Assembly: GCA_022710975.1 (NCBI GenBank)
Contig: JAKLGA010000011.1
Span: 177,842-241,841 of the forward strand
From: Myxococcota bacterium
GTDB taxonomy: Bacteria; Myxococcota; B64-G9
Length of the DNA stretch: 64,000 nucleotides
Direction: 5' to 3'
Under the pieces are notes generated by a model that ran no database searches, had not been told where the DNA came from, and was given only the letters and a program-made list of their open reading frames with translations. Below are positions 32,704-41,037 of the stretch, piece by piece (position 1 is the first letter of the stretch; each line of letters starts with the position of its first letter). Both the position numbers and the translations under genes were made by a program.

Positions 32704-34980
32704 ATGAAACGCTCGGCGTGGGGGGTCTGTACGCTGATCCTGGGGTGCGCCGGCCTGGTCGGCTGCGGCGAGCCGGGCATCCCTGCCCTGGACGAGACCG
32801 ATCCCGCGGACTACGTGGAGCCGTTCATCGGCTCGGGCGGCCTGTACTTCGGCTACGGCAGCGCCTTCGTGGGTCCCAGCCGCCCGTTCGGTCTGGCCAA
32901 GCCGGGGCCGGACACCGTGGGCGACAACGGCATGGTCGCCTTCCACCACTTCAGCGGCTACCACCCCGACGACAGCCTGGTGCACGGCTTCTCGCAGGTG
33001 CACATCTCGGGCACCGGCGCGACGGACTACGGGGCGCTGCTGCTGGTGCCCGCCCTGTTCTTCGGTCCGGACAAGGTGCGCGAGAGCGGCTACAAGACCC
33101 GCATGGACAAGTCCACCGAGGTGGCCTCGCCCGGCTACTACGCGGTGACCCTGTCGGAGCTGGGGGTGCGGGCCGAGCTGACCGCGACCGAGCGCGTGGC
33201 CGTGCACCGCTACACCTTCCCGCCCGAGGCGGCCGGGCCGGTGCTCATCCTGGACGCCTCGCACGCGCTCCCGGACTGCAGCGTGGAGGACGCGCGGGTG
33301 GAGGTGGCCGGCGACGGCAGCGCGGCCAGCGGCTTCGTGCACTACCGGGGCGCGTTGACCGGACGCTCGGGCGGCTTCCGCCTGTACTTCGCGCTCCTGC
33401 TGTCGCAGCCCGCCGCGGGCTGGACCGCCTTCCAGGGGGACGAGCTCACCGACGGCGCGCCGCTGGCGCTGGGGAGCGAGGCGGGGGTCGCCTTCCGCTT
33501 CGGCGCGCTCGAGGCGCCGCTCACGGTCAAGATCGGCCTGTCCTACGTGGACGTGGAGGGCGCGCGCGCGAACCTCGAGGCCGAGGTGGCCGGGCGCGGC
33601 TTCGACGAGCTGCGGGACGAGGCGCGCGGCGCCTGGAACGGCATGCTCTCCCGCGTGCGGGTGGCGGGCGGCACCGAGCTGGAGCGGCGCAAGCTCTACA
33701 CGGCGCTGTACCACGCGCTGCTGCACCCGACCCGCTTCCAGGACGTGGACGGCCGCTACACCGGCTTCGATCTCCAGATCCACCAGGCCGAGGGCTTCAC
33801 CTACCACACGGACTTCTCGATGTGGGACACCTACCGCACCCTGCACCCGCTGCTCGGCGTGCTGTACCCGGAGGTGGAGCGCGATCTGGTGCTCTCCCTG
33901 CTCGCCATGCGGGCGCAGGGCGGGTTCCTGCCGCGCTGGCCGGCGGCCACCGGCTACACCGGCTGCATGATCGGCACCCCGGCGGACGTGGTGCTGGCCG
34001 ACAGCTACCTCCGGGGCGTCGAGGACTTCGACGTGGAGTACGCCTACCAGGCCGTGGTGGAGAACGCCACCCTGCCCATGGAGAAGATCGGCCGGGACGG
34101 CGTGGAGCGCTACCTGGAGCTCGGCTACGTGCCGGCGGACGAGTTCGGCGACTCGGCCGCGCTGACGCTCGAGTACGGGGTGGCCGACGGGGCCATCGCC
34201 ACCTGGGCCGAGGCGCTGGGGAAGGCCGACGACGCGGCGGCCTTCCGCGCGCACGCCAGGGGCTACCAGGCGCTGTGGGATCCCGACACGCAGTTCCTGC
34301 GCGGCAGGAACGCGGACGGGAGCTGGGCCGCGGACGAGGGCGGGGTGTTCAACCCCCTGGACTGGGCCGCCCCGTACTACGTCGAGGGCACGGCCTGGCA
34401 GTACCTGTGGCTGGCCCCGCACGATCCCGCGGGGCTGCTGGGGCTGTTCCCCACGCCGGAGGAGGCGGCCGCCAAGCTCGAGGCCTTCTTCGCCACGCCC
34501 GAGCCCGAGAACCCGCTGTCCGAGTTCCTGCCGAAGATGTACTACTGGCAGGGCAACGAGCCGGACATCCACGCCGCCTACCTGTTCAACGACGCGGGCC
34601 GGCCGGACCGGGCCCAGTACTGGGTGCGGCACGTGCTGGCCACGAGCTTCGGCGACGGGCCCGACGGGCTGCCGGGCAACGACGACCTGGGCACCATGTC
34701 GGCCTGGTACGTGTGGAGCGCGGCCGGCATCTACCCCAGCGCCGGGCAGGAGTGGTACTGGGTGGGCAGCCCGCTGTTCGAGCGCTTCGTGTTCGAGCCC
34801 AGCCCGGAGACCCGGCTCGAGGTGCGCGCCCTGGGCGCCTCGGCCACCCGCATGTACGTCAGCGCCGCCCACCTGAACGGCCGGCGGCTGGACGCGCCGC
34901 GCTTCAGCCAGCGGGACATCCAGCAGGGCGGGCGGCTGGACCTCGACCTGCAGGACCAACCGGCCGAATGGGGCCGCTGA
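32704..34980 (+). CDS. GH92-family alpha-mannosidase lipoprotein
   Basis: GGGAGGAGG lies 9 nt before the ATG. ...LILGCAGLVGC is a lipobox. VEPFIGSGG...PFGLAKPGPDT, FSMWDTYRTLHPL, GNEPDIHAAYLFN and PGNDDLGTMSAWYV are GH92 hallmarks. Confidence 0.9.
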   Translation: MKRSAWGVCTLILGCAGLVGCGEPGIPALDETDPADYVEPFIGSGGLYFGYGSAFVGPSRPFGLAKPGPDTVGDNGMVAFHHFSGYHPDDSLVHGFSQVHISGTGATDYGALLLVPALFFGPDKVRESGYKTRMDKSTEVASPGYYAVTLSELGVRAELTATERVAVHRYTFPPEAAGPVLILDASHALPDCSVEDARVEVAGDGSAASGFVHYRGALTGRSGGFRLYFALLLSQPAAGWTAFQGDELTDGAPLALGSEAGVAFRFGALEAPLTVKIGLSYVDVEGARANLEAEVAGRGFDELRDEARGAWNGMLSRVRVAGGTELERRKLYTALYHALLHPTRFQDVDGRYTGFDLQIHQAEGFTYHTDFSMWDTYRTLHPLLGVLYPEVERDLVLSLLAMRAQGGFLPRWPAATGYTGCMIGTPADVVLADSYLRGVEDFDVEYAYQAVVENATLPMEKIGRDGVERYLELGYVPADEFGDSAALTLEYGVADGAIATWAEALGKADDAAAFRAHARGYQALWDPDTQFLRGRNADGSWAADEGGVFNPLDWAAPYYVEGTAWQYLWLAPHDPAGLLGLFPTPEEAAAKLEAFFATPEPENPLSEFLPKMYYWQGNEPDIHAAYLFNDAGRPDRAQYWVRHVLATSFGDGPDGLPGNDDLGTMSAWYVWSAAGIYPSAGQEWYWVGSPLFERFVFEPSPETRLEVRALGASATRMYVSAAHLNGRRLDAPRFSQRDIQQGGRLDLDLQDQPAEWGR

Positions 34981-34994
34981 ACAAGGGACTTCCC

Positions 34995-37064
34995 ATGAGA
35001 ACCAGTGTCGTGGCCTGGCTCGGGGCGAGCGCCGTGGGCCTGCTGGGGCTCGGCTGCGAGCAGGACGAGGCGCGGGAGCTCGTGCCCACCATCGCCAGGG
35101 CCCCCGCGGATCCGCTGGCCGGCAGCGAGCTCGCGAGCTGCGCGGTCTACCTCGAGGAGCGCTGCCAGGCCGGCCGGCTCGAGCGCTGCGCGCTCTACGC
35201 TCCGCAGGCCGGGGAGTTCGTGGCCCAGCCCGATCCGCTGCTGCGGCGCGTGCTGCTCTACGACCGCTGGTACGATCTCTACATGTCCCCCAACGGGCTG
35301 ACCGCCGAGCGCACCTTCAACCGCGCCATGCCCGGCGACGCCCCGGAGGAGGAGTGGGGGGCGCTGGACTCCTTCGGTGGCTACGCCGGCGAGGGCGACG
35401 CGGCCATCTGGACCGGCACGGCCCTGGTGGCCGACGCCTTCCGCTACGCCGCGACCGGCACCGAGGCCGACTACCAGCGCATGGAGGACAAGACCCGCGC
35501 GATGCTCCGGGACTTCGAGGTGACCGGGGTGCCCGGCTACCTGGCCCGCTTCCACTTCCTGGTGGTCCCGCCCGGCACCCCGCTGGCCGACCGCATCATG
35601 ATGCGCGCCGTGGATGTGGCCGCCATGGGCGGACGTGACCTGCCCGTGGAGGCGCCCGAGGCCATCGCCGGGCTGCCTGCGGAGTACGCGACCGGCGTGC
35701 CCGACGGCGCGGGCGGCACGGTCCCGGGCGAGGTCTGGTGGCACGGCCACCCGTCCATCGACCAGTACACCGGGCCCATGACCGCCTTCCCGCTGGTGTA
35801 CAACCTGCTGCGGGACGAGGAGCTCAAGGCCGCCATCGTCCAGCACATGACCTGCTACCTGAAGCGCCTGCGGCGCCTGGAGGTCCGCAACCTGCACGAC
35901 AACCCCGAGGTGCTCGCGGAGCTGACGGGCTTCTTCGCCGGGGCCGACGCCAACTTCGATGCGGACGACATCGACCTCACCCAGCTCGACACCCTGGTGG
36001 CCTACTACCTGCCGGACCTCAACCGGGAGAGCGCGGCCGGGTTCGACCGCACCTGCCCGGAAGACCTGGCCTGGACCGCCACCCGGGTGCTCGACGCCAG
36101 CTCCCAGACCTTCATGACCGACATGCTGGACCTGGCCGGCGACATCAGCACCACCGGCGACACGCCGATGCCGAACGGCATCGCCCACTTCTACATCGTG
36201 AACGTGCGCGGCGGGGACGCGAGCCACATGATCCACCTGGCGGCCATGGCGTACTACTTCACCGGCGACGAGCGCTACCGCCGCTTCCTGCACGAGGAGC
36301 TGATCGGCCGGCTGCGCGCGCCCGAGGTGGCGCTGACCATGATGGCCTTCCGCCTGCCGGACTGGTGCTTCCGCTACTACGGCGATCACATCACCTACAA
36401 CACCCACTGGCAGCTCCTGACCCTGCTCGGCGACTCGCCCTTGAGGGACACCATGCTGCGGGTCATGGAGGAGGAGGCCTGGCAGAAGGCACTCTCCAAC
36501 CACAAGAGCGCCAAGTTCAACGCCATGTACGCCTCGACCGTGCCGGCGGGGCTGGCCACGGGCCGCGACCAGGCCCTGGCGGAGCTCATGGCCCAGCTCC
36601 AGGACTTCGGCGGGAACGGCGGCAGCCTGGACGCCCCGCGCCGCACCTACAGCCGCGACCGCCAGGCCATCATCGACGCCCTGCCGGCCGGGAACACGCT
36701 GCGCTGCCCGAGCGAGGACGAGCGCCGCCGCTGCGAGGAGGCCGGAGACATCTTCGGCGTGCCGCTGGAGAGCGAGGACATCTCGTACGCCTGCGACGGG
36801 CGGCCCGGGGAGTGCCAGCTCGAGACGGGCGAGTGCGCGGACGCGCTGGCCTCGGAGGGGCTGCCGCCGAGCCTGCGGCGCTACGCGGACTTCATGTGGC
36901 AGCGGGGGCCGTTCGAGCTGGGGGAGGGCGTGGCCGTGGAGGGGCAGAAGCAGTCCCCCGGCACGGACCTCAGCGAGCCCTACTGGATGTCGCGCTACTA
37001 CCGCTTCCTGACCGAGGGCGAGGGCCAGGTCCTGGCCTGGCAGGACCTGGGCGCCTGCCCCTGA
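34995..37064 (+). CDS. Lipoprotein of unknown function (689 aa)
   Basis: It starts 14 nt after the GH92 stop. MRTSVVAWLGASAVGLLGLGC is a lipobox signal. The sequence is complex and non-repetitive with several Cys pairs. No family was recognised by eye. Confidence 0.8.
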   Translation: MRTSVVAWLGASAVGLLGLGCEQDEARELVPTIARAPADPLAGSELASCAVYLEERCQAGRLERCALYAPQAGEFVAQPDPLLRRVLLYDRWYDLYMSPNGLTAERTFNRAMPGDAPEEEWGALDSFGGYAGEGDAAIWTGTALVADAFRYAATGTEADYQRMEDKTRAMLRDFEVTGVPGYLARFHFLVVPPGTPLADRIMMRAVDVAAMGGRDLPVEAPEAIAGLPAEYATGVPDGAGGTVPGEVWWHGHPSIDQYTGPMTAFPLVYNLLRDEELKAAIVQHMTCYLKRLRRLEVRNLHDNPEVLAELTGFFAGADANFDADDIDLTQLDTLVAYYLPDLNRESAAGFDRTCPEDLAWTATRVLDASSQTFMTDMLDLAGDISTTGDTPMPNGIAHFYIVNVRGGDASHMIHLAAMAYYFTGDERYRRFLHEELIGRLRAPEVALTMMAFRLPDWCFRYYGDHITYNTHWQLLTLLGDSPLRDTMLRVMEEEAWQKALSNHKSAKFNAMYASTVPAGLATGRDQALAELMAQLQDFGGNGGSLDAPRRTYSRDRQAIIDALPAGNTLRCPSEDERRRCEEAGDIFGVPLESEDISYACDGRPGECQLETGECADALASEGLPPSLRRYADFMWQRGPFELGEGVAVEGQKQSPGTDLSEPYWMSRYYRFLTEGEGQVLAWQDLGACP

Positions 37065-37065
37065 A

Positions 37066-38001
37066 ATGACCGGCGCCATGGAGCAGGCACAGTCGACCCC
37101 CCCGAGCGCTCCCGTCCGCTGGCGCCGCGTCCTGCTCTACTACGCGGCGGTCTACGTCCTCACCTACGGGCTCCTGGGGGCCTTTTTCCTCTCGGGCGGC
37201 AGCTTCCAGCACCCGTCCTGGGTCTTCTTCGCCATGGCGACCTCCCTGATCCCGGCCGGCCTGGCGATCGCCCTGACCCGCTGGCTGTGGCGCGCCCCGG
37301 TGGTCGCCTCGCTCGCGCTCAAGCCGCGCCGGGATCGCTGGCTGCTCATCGCCTGGCTCGTGCCCTGGGCCCTGTCGCTCCTGGCCCTGCTGCTCGGCTA
37401 CGCCACGCCGGAGGTGCGCTGGGACGCCTCGCTCCAGCCCGCGGTGGACCGGGTCATCGTGTCCCAGGAGCAGCTCGACCTGCTGCGGCAGTTCGCCGCG
37501 AAGAGCGGCCTGCCGCCGATCCTGCTCCTGGTGCCCATGGGGATCGTGGCCAGCCTGACCCTGTCGCTGCTGGCCGGCTGCGGGGAGGAGATCGGCTGGC
37601 GCGGGTTCGTGTACGGCCAGCTCCGCCCCCTCGGGTTCCGCCGCGGCGCGCTCTTCACCGGCCTGCTGTGGCTGGGCTGGCACCTGCCGCTGCTCGCCCT
37701 CGGCTACGGCTACCCGCAGCACCCGGGGCTCGGGGTGGCGCTGATGGCGGTCCACATCCTGGTCATGGCCTTCTGCGTGGCCTACGTGCGGGAGCGCTCC
37801 GGCTCGTCGGTGACGGCGGGGCTGTACCACGGCACGACCGAGGCGGTCGCGCTGCTCGCGGTGGCCCCCCTGGCCGGCGGCTCGGACGTCACCGTGGGAA
37901 TCGGCAGCCTGAGCTGGATCGGGGCGAACCTGGTGGTGCTGCTGGGGTTCCTGGCGCACGACCGCTTCGTGGCCGAGGAGTCGCTCTTCTGGCGTCGTTG
38001 A
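37066..38001 (+). CDS. CPBP-family intramembrane glutamic endopeptidase (CAAX protease / Abi-type)
   Basis: It starts 1 nt after the upstream stop. It is a multi-TM protein with the GEEIGWRGFVYG (EExxxR) motif and downstream GWHLP and YHGT motifs. Confidence 0.85.
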   Translation: MTGAMEQAQSTPPSAPVRWRRVLLYYAAVYVLTYGLLGAFFLSGGSFQHPSWVFFAMATSLIPAGLAIALTRWLWRAPVVASLALKPRRDRWLLIAWLVPWALSLLALLLGYATPEVRWDASLQPAVDRVIVSQEQLDLLRQFAAKSGLPPILLLVPMGIVASLTLSLLAGCGEEIGWRGFVYGQLRPLGFRRGALFTGLLWLGWHLPLLALGYGYPQHPGLGVALMAVHILVMAFCVAYVRERSGSSVTAGLYHGTTEAVALLAVAPLAGGSDVTVGIGSLSWIGANLVVLLGFLAHDRFVAEESLFWRR

Positions 38002-38052
38002 CCCTCCCAGCCACCCGCGTCAGGAGGCGTCGGCCGTGCCTGCGCCCGGTTT

Positions 38053-38071
38053 GCAGGTGGCTGGCACCTGC
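38053..38071. terminator. Small hairpin between convergent genes
   Basis: GCAGGTG (38053-38059) pairs with CACCTGC (38065-38071) around a 5-nt loop. It lies between the CPBP stop (38001) and the small-ORF stop (38079). There is no U-tract. Confidence 0.3.
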
Positions 38072-38078
38072 CTGTGGG

Positions 38079-38273
38079 TCAGGACTCGAGGATGCGCGAG
38101 ACGGTGTGGAGCGCGTACCAGGCGGCGGCGGGCTCCGGCTCCTCCTTGTTGATCATCTTGATGTAGTTGAACTGCGGATCGAACGCCACCACCTCGCACT
38201 TGAAGTACGACCCGTCGAACCACGCGGTCACTTCCTTGCCCACCAGGTCCATCAGCTTCGTCGAGCCCGCCAT
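38079..38273 (-). CDS. Small protein (64 aa), SH3/Tudor-like by eye
   Basis: GGGAGG lies 5-6 nt before the ATG. The composition is protein-like and lower in GC (MAGSTKLMDLVGKEVTAWFDGSYFKCEVVAFDPQFNYIKMINKEE...). Confidence 0.6.
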   Translation of the reverse strand: MAGSTKLMDLVGKEVTAWFDGSYFKCEVVAFDPQFNYIKMINKEEPEPAAAWYALHTVSRILES

Positions 38274-38304
38274 CTCTGCCTCCCTTCCCCCCGGGTTGTG
38301 ACAC

Positions 38305-38324
38305 GGGCAGGGCTCGCCCTGCCC
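38305..38324 (-). terminator. GC-rich palindrome abutting the stop of the PHP-domain gene
   Basis: GGGCAGGGC-TC-GCCCTGCCC (38305-38324) lies directly 3' of the stop at 38325-38327. The usable stem is about 6-7 bp once a real loop is allowed. There is no U-tract. Confidence 0.3.
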
Positions 38325-39833
38325 CTACTCCGCCACGCACAGCGCGGCCGAGCCCAGCGCGCCCATGCACCAGTCGGTGATCTCACCGTCCTCCAGCACC
38401 ACGTTGAGGGTGCGGTCGAGGAAGTCCGGCAGGTAGAAGGTGGCCAGCCCGTCCGGGTCCTGGGGCATGCACTGCATCCTGTCGGGCGACCAGCTCCGCG
38501 GGTTGCACAGGCTCGAGTCCACCAGCACCGCGGTGTCCACGTACTTCAGCATGATCTGCCCGAGCGCGGTGAACTCCTCGGCGCCCGTGGCCGCCACCTG
38601 GCGGGCGATGTCGCGCACCTCCGCCGCCTGCGCGGCGTCGAGCCCGGGCGCGACCAGGGGCTCGAGCACCACCGGGTAGAACCAGGTCCCGGGCCGCGCC
38701 TGCAGCGTCACCCGGGCGGTGAACGGATCGGAGCGGACGGACTCCTCGAGCGCCACCCGGCCGAGCTCGGCCGTGGCCAGCTCCTCGTCGCTCGCCACCG
38801 CCTCGCCGGCGATGAGGCGCACCAGGCCGCCCTGGGCCCGGCCGACCCGCACCACCACCGTGAGCTCCTCGCCCGCCGCGGCCACCGGGATCTCGTCTCC
38901 CAGCCCGTAGGTCCGGCCGCCCGCCCTGACCTCGAGCAGCACCTGGGCCGCGGCCGGGTTGCGGGACACGAAGGAGTGGCGCGCGCGGAGGCCCGCCAGC
39001 ACGCCCTCGAGATCCGCGCTCGGGGCCTGGCTGTAGGTGGCCGGGAAGCCGGGCAGCAGGAAGGCGTGGCGGTCGCTCCCGCCCACCAGCGCCACGTGCT
39101 CGCCGCGCGCCAAGAGCGCTTCGTACAGCACCAGGTTCTGGCGGGAGCACAGCCCGCCCTGGAGCTGGGCCGCCCGACGGACGAACGGGTTGGCCGGGCC
39201 GTGGGACGCCTCCCAGGCCTCGATGTCCGCCTGGGTGAGGGCCGGATCGCCGATGCCGAAGCCGCTGTTCCACACCTCCATCCCGTCCATCCCGCGCGGG
39301 TCCCACAGGAAGGGGTTGCTCTGCAGCATGGGGTGGTTGATGGACATCAGCCCGCCCTGGGCGTGGGCGTGGGCCAGGGCCGCGTCCACGTCCGCCTGGC
39401 TCTTCCCGTCGCCGTCCGGATCCTTCACCACCAGCTCGTGGATGCCCCAGCAGCCGGCGTGGCCGTCGCCGCTCCACTCCTCGCCGCCCACCAGGGTGAG
39501 CTGGTCGCTCACGAAGTCCGGGTCCGAGAGCGCGGCCACGCTGTCGTGATCGGTGATGGCCAGGTAGTCGAGCTGGTTGCCCTCGTAGGCCGGGTTCATC
39601 CACAGGAACATGTCCGCGGCCAGCCCCTCGGCCAGGTCGATGGTCGAGGCCAGGGTCTCGAAGCCGCCCTGCACGTTCGTGTGCACGTGCAGATCGCCCC
39701 GCAACCAGCCGTCCTCGCGGCTGGCGATGCCACCGGGCCGGTCGCCTCCGCCGCCCGAACCGCAGGCGGGCAGCCAGCCCAGGCAGAGGACGGAGGAGAG
39801 CAGGAGGCCTTCGAGGGAGGGGTGGCGTGTCAT
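38325..39833 (-). CDS. PHP-domain (CehA/McbA-like) metal-dependent phosphoesterase lipoprotein
   Basis: ...LCLGWLPAC is a lipobox. GDLHVHTN, ITDHD, INHP and GGSDRH are PHP-type His/Asp clusters. A C-terminal ~200-aa extra domain is present. Confidence 0.82.
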   Translation of the reverse strand: MTRHPSLEGLLLSSVLCLGWLPACGSGGGGDRPGGIASREDGWLRGDLHVHTNVQGGFETLASTIDLAEGLAADMFLWMNPAYEGNQLDYLAITDHDSVAALSDPDFVSDQLTLVGGEEWSGDGHAGCWGIHELVVKDPDGDGKSQADVDAALAHAHAQGGLMSINHPMLQSNPFLWDPRGMDGMEVWNSGFGIGDPALTQADIEAWEASHGPANPFVRRAAQLQGGLCSRQNLVLYEALLARGEHVALVGGSDRHAFLLPGFPATYSQAPSADLEGVLAGLRARHSFVSRNPAAAQVLLEVRAGGRTYGLGDEIPVAAAGEELTVVVRVGRAQGGLVRLIAGEAVASDEELATAELGRVALEESVRSDPFTARVTLQARPGTWFYPVVLEPLVAPGLDAAQAAEVRDIARQVAATGAEEFTALGQIMLKYVDTAVLVDSSLCNPRSWSPDRMQCMPQDPDGLATFYLPDFLDRTLNVVLEDGEITDWCMGALGSAALCVAE

Positions 39834-39893
39834 GAGCGCATCCTAACCGATTTCTCCCTGGGGATGGAGCCCGTTCCATGGCATGGTGGAGGC

Positions 39894-40892
39894 ATGCAGA
39901 GCACTGGCCTGCCCGGCGCCCTCGCCCTCGCGCTTGTTTTCGCAGGCCTGCCTGCCGCCGGGGGCGAGCTCCCGCGCCTCGACCCCGGGCGCGCCCAGGA
40001 GCTCCTGTTCGGGCCGCTCCCGGATCCGAAGGCCGAGGCGAGCTGCGTCCAGACCGTGGACGTGGACGCGGCCGGCCGGATCCGCTGCCTGCTGGCCCGG
40101 CGCTACGCCAGGGATCCCGAGGCCTTCAGGCTGGCGGCCGAGCTCTACCGGCGCACGGGCAGCGTGGCCGGGCTGCTCCCGGAGCAGGACTTCGACGGCG
40201 GCTACCGGGGCATCATCCACCTGGTGCCGCACGTGCCGCAGGGCGAGACGCGCAAACACCTGGCCTGGGTCTCGGCCGCGCTGCTCGGGTTCGACGACTT
40301 CTTCGCGGCCATCGAGGCGCAGGCCGGCGCGCCGGCCCGCTACCGCTGGCGAGCCCTGTCGCTCCGTTTCTACCGCTCGGTCAGGAAGCGCACCCCGGCC
40401 GCCTTCGCCCACGGCTGGACGGTCTCCTACAACGTGAACGGCACCCTCAACCACGGGCCGGGCGTGGTGCGGGACCTCCTGTTCCACGAGATCTTCCACC
40501 TCAACGACTTCGACCACGACGGCTGGTCCTCCAGCGCGCTCGGCGACATCTTCGACGGCATCGTGGCCCGCTGCGGGACGCGCATCGCCTGCCTCGCGCC
40601 CTACGCCCCGGGCTGGCTCAAGGTGCGCGGCGGCACCTACTACGCCTTCATGCCCGGGAACGGGGTGGGGGAGTACGCGGCCGAGCTGGCCATGAACTAC
40701 CTGCGCGAGCAGCTCGCCGTGCAGGCCGGCCGCGGGGTGAAGCGGCCCTTCAAGTGCGGGCCGCCGGAGAACGCCCGGGCCTGGAGGCTCCTGGTGGACG
40801 AGTTCTTCGCCGGGGTGGACCGGGTGCCCGCCTGCCCGCCCGCGCCGGGGTCTGGGCCGGAGCCGGAGGCCGCCCGGCCGAAGCCGCCTTGA
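39894..40892 (+). CDS. Secreted HExxH protein (putative zinc metallopeptidase-like, 332 aa)
   Basis: GGTGGAGG lies before the ATG at 39894. It has a signal peptide (MQSTGLPGALALALVFAGLPAAG) and a single LLFHEIFHLNDFDHD motif. No specific family was recognised. Confidence 0.72.
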   Translation: MQSTGLPGALALALVFAGLPAAGGELPRLDPGRAQELLFGPLPDPKAEASCVQTVDVDAAGRIRCLLARRYARDPEAFRLAAELYRRTGSVAGLLPEQDFDGGYRGIIHLVPHVPQGETRKHLAWVSAALLGFDDFFAAIEAQAGAPARYRWRALSLRFYRSVRKRTPAAFAHGWTVSYNVNGTLNHGPGVVRDLLFHEIFHLNDFDHDGWSSSALGDIFDGIVARCGTRIACLAPYAPGWLKVRGGTYYAFMPGNGVGEYAAELAMNYLREQLAVQAGRGVKRPFKCGPPENARAWRLLVDEFFAGVDRVPACPPAPGSGPEPEAARPKPP

Positions 40893-40908
40893 CCGGGGCC
40901 TGGGTGAC

Positions 40909-40936
40909 TTGACAGCCCGGTCCGGGTGCTTACTGT
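40909..40936 (+). promoter_or_regulatory. Sigma-70-like promoter candidate for the hsp20 operon
   Basis: TTGACA (40909-40914), a 16-nt spacer, then TACTGT (40931-40936). This would give a ~95-nt leader before the ATG at 41038. Confidence 0.45.
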
Positions 40937-41010
40937 TTCCCGTGCGAGAGTTGGAAGGAACCCCAAAGTTACGAGGGGTTGAGGTCGCCAGGGCCCTGGC
41001 ACAGGTGTGG

Positions 41011-41032
41011 ACTTTTTCGATTCGCAGGAGGT
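41011..41032 (+). promoter_or_regulatory. FourU-like RNA-thermometer candidate sequestering the hsp20 SD
   Basis: ACUUUUU (41011-41017) can pair with AGGAGGU (41026-41032) through A-U, C-G and U-G/U-A pairs. An apical CG/CG stem (41018-19 / 41023-24) has an AUU loop, and C41025 is bulged. Confidence 0.4.
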
Positions 41033-41037
41033 GCGAC

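Noticed and set aside
40997-41011. Sigma-54 promoter-like TGGCAC upstream of hsp20 (TGGCACaggtgTGGA).
   Set aside because: The -12 element reads TGGA instead of TTGC(A/T), matching only 2 of 4 positions. No enhancer-binding-protein gene lies nearby. The TTGACA-N16-TACTGT pair upstream is a better promoter candidate.
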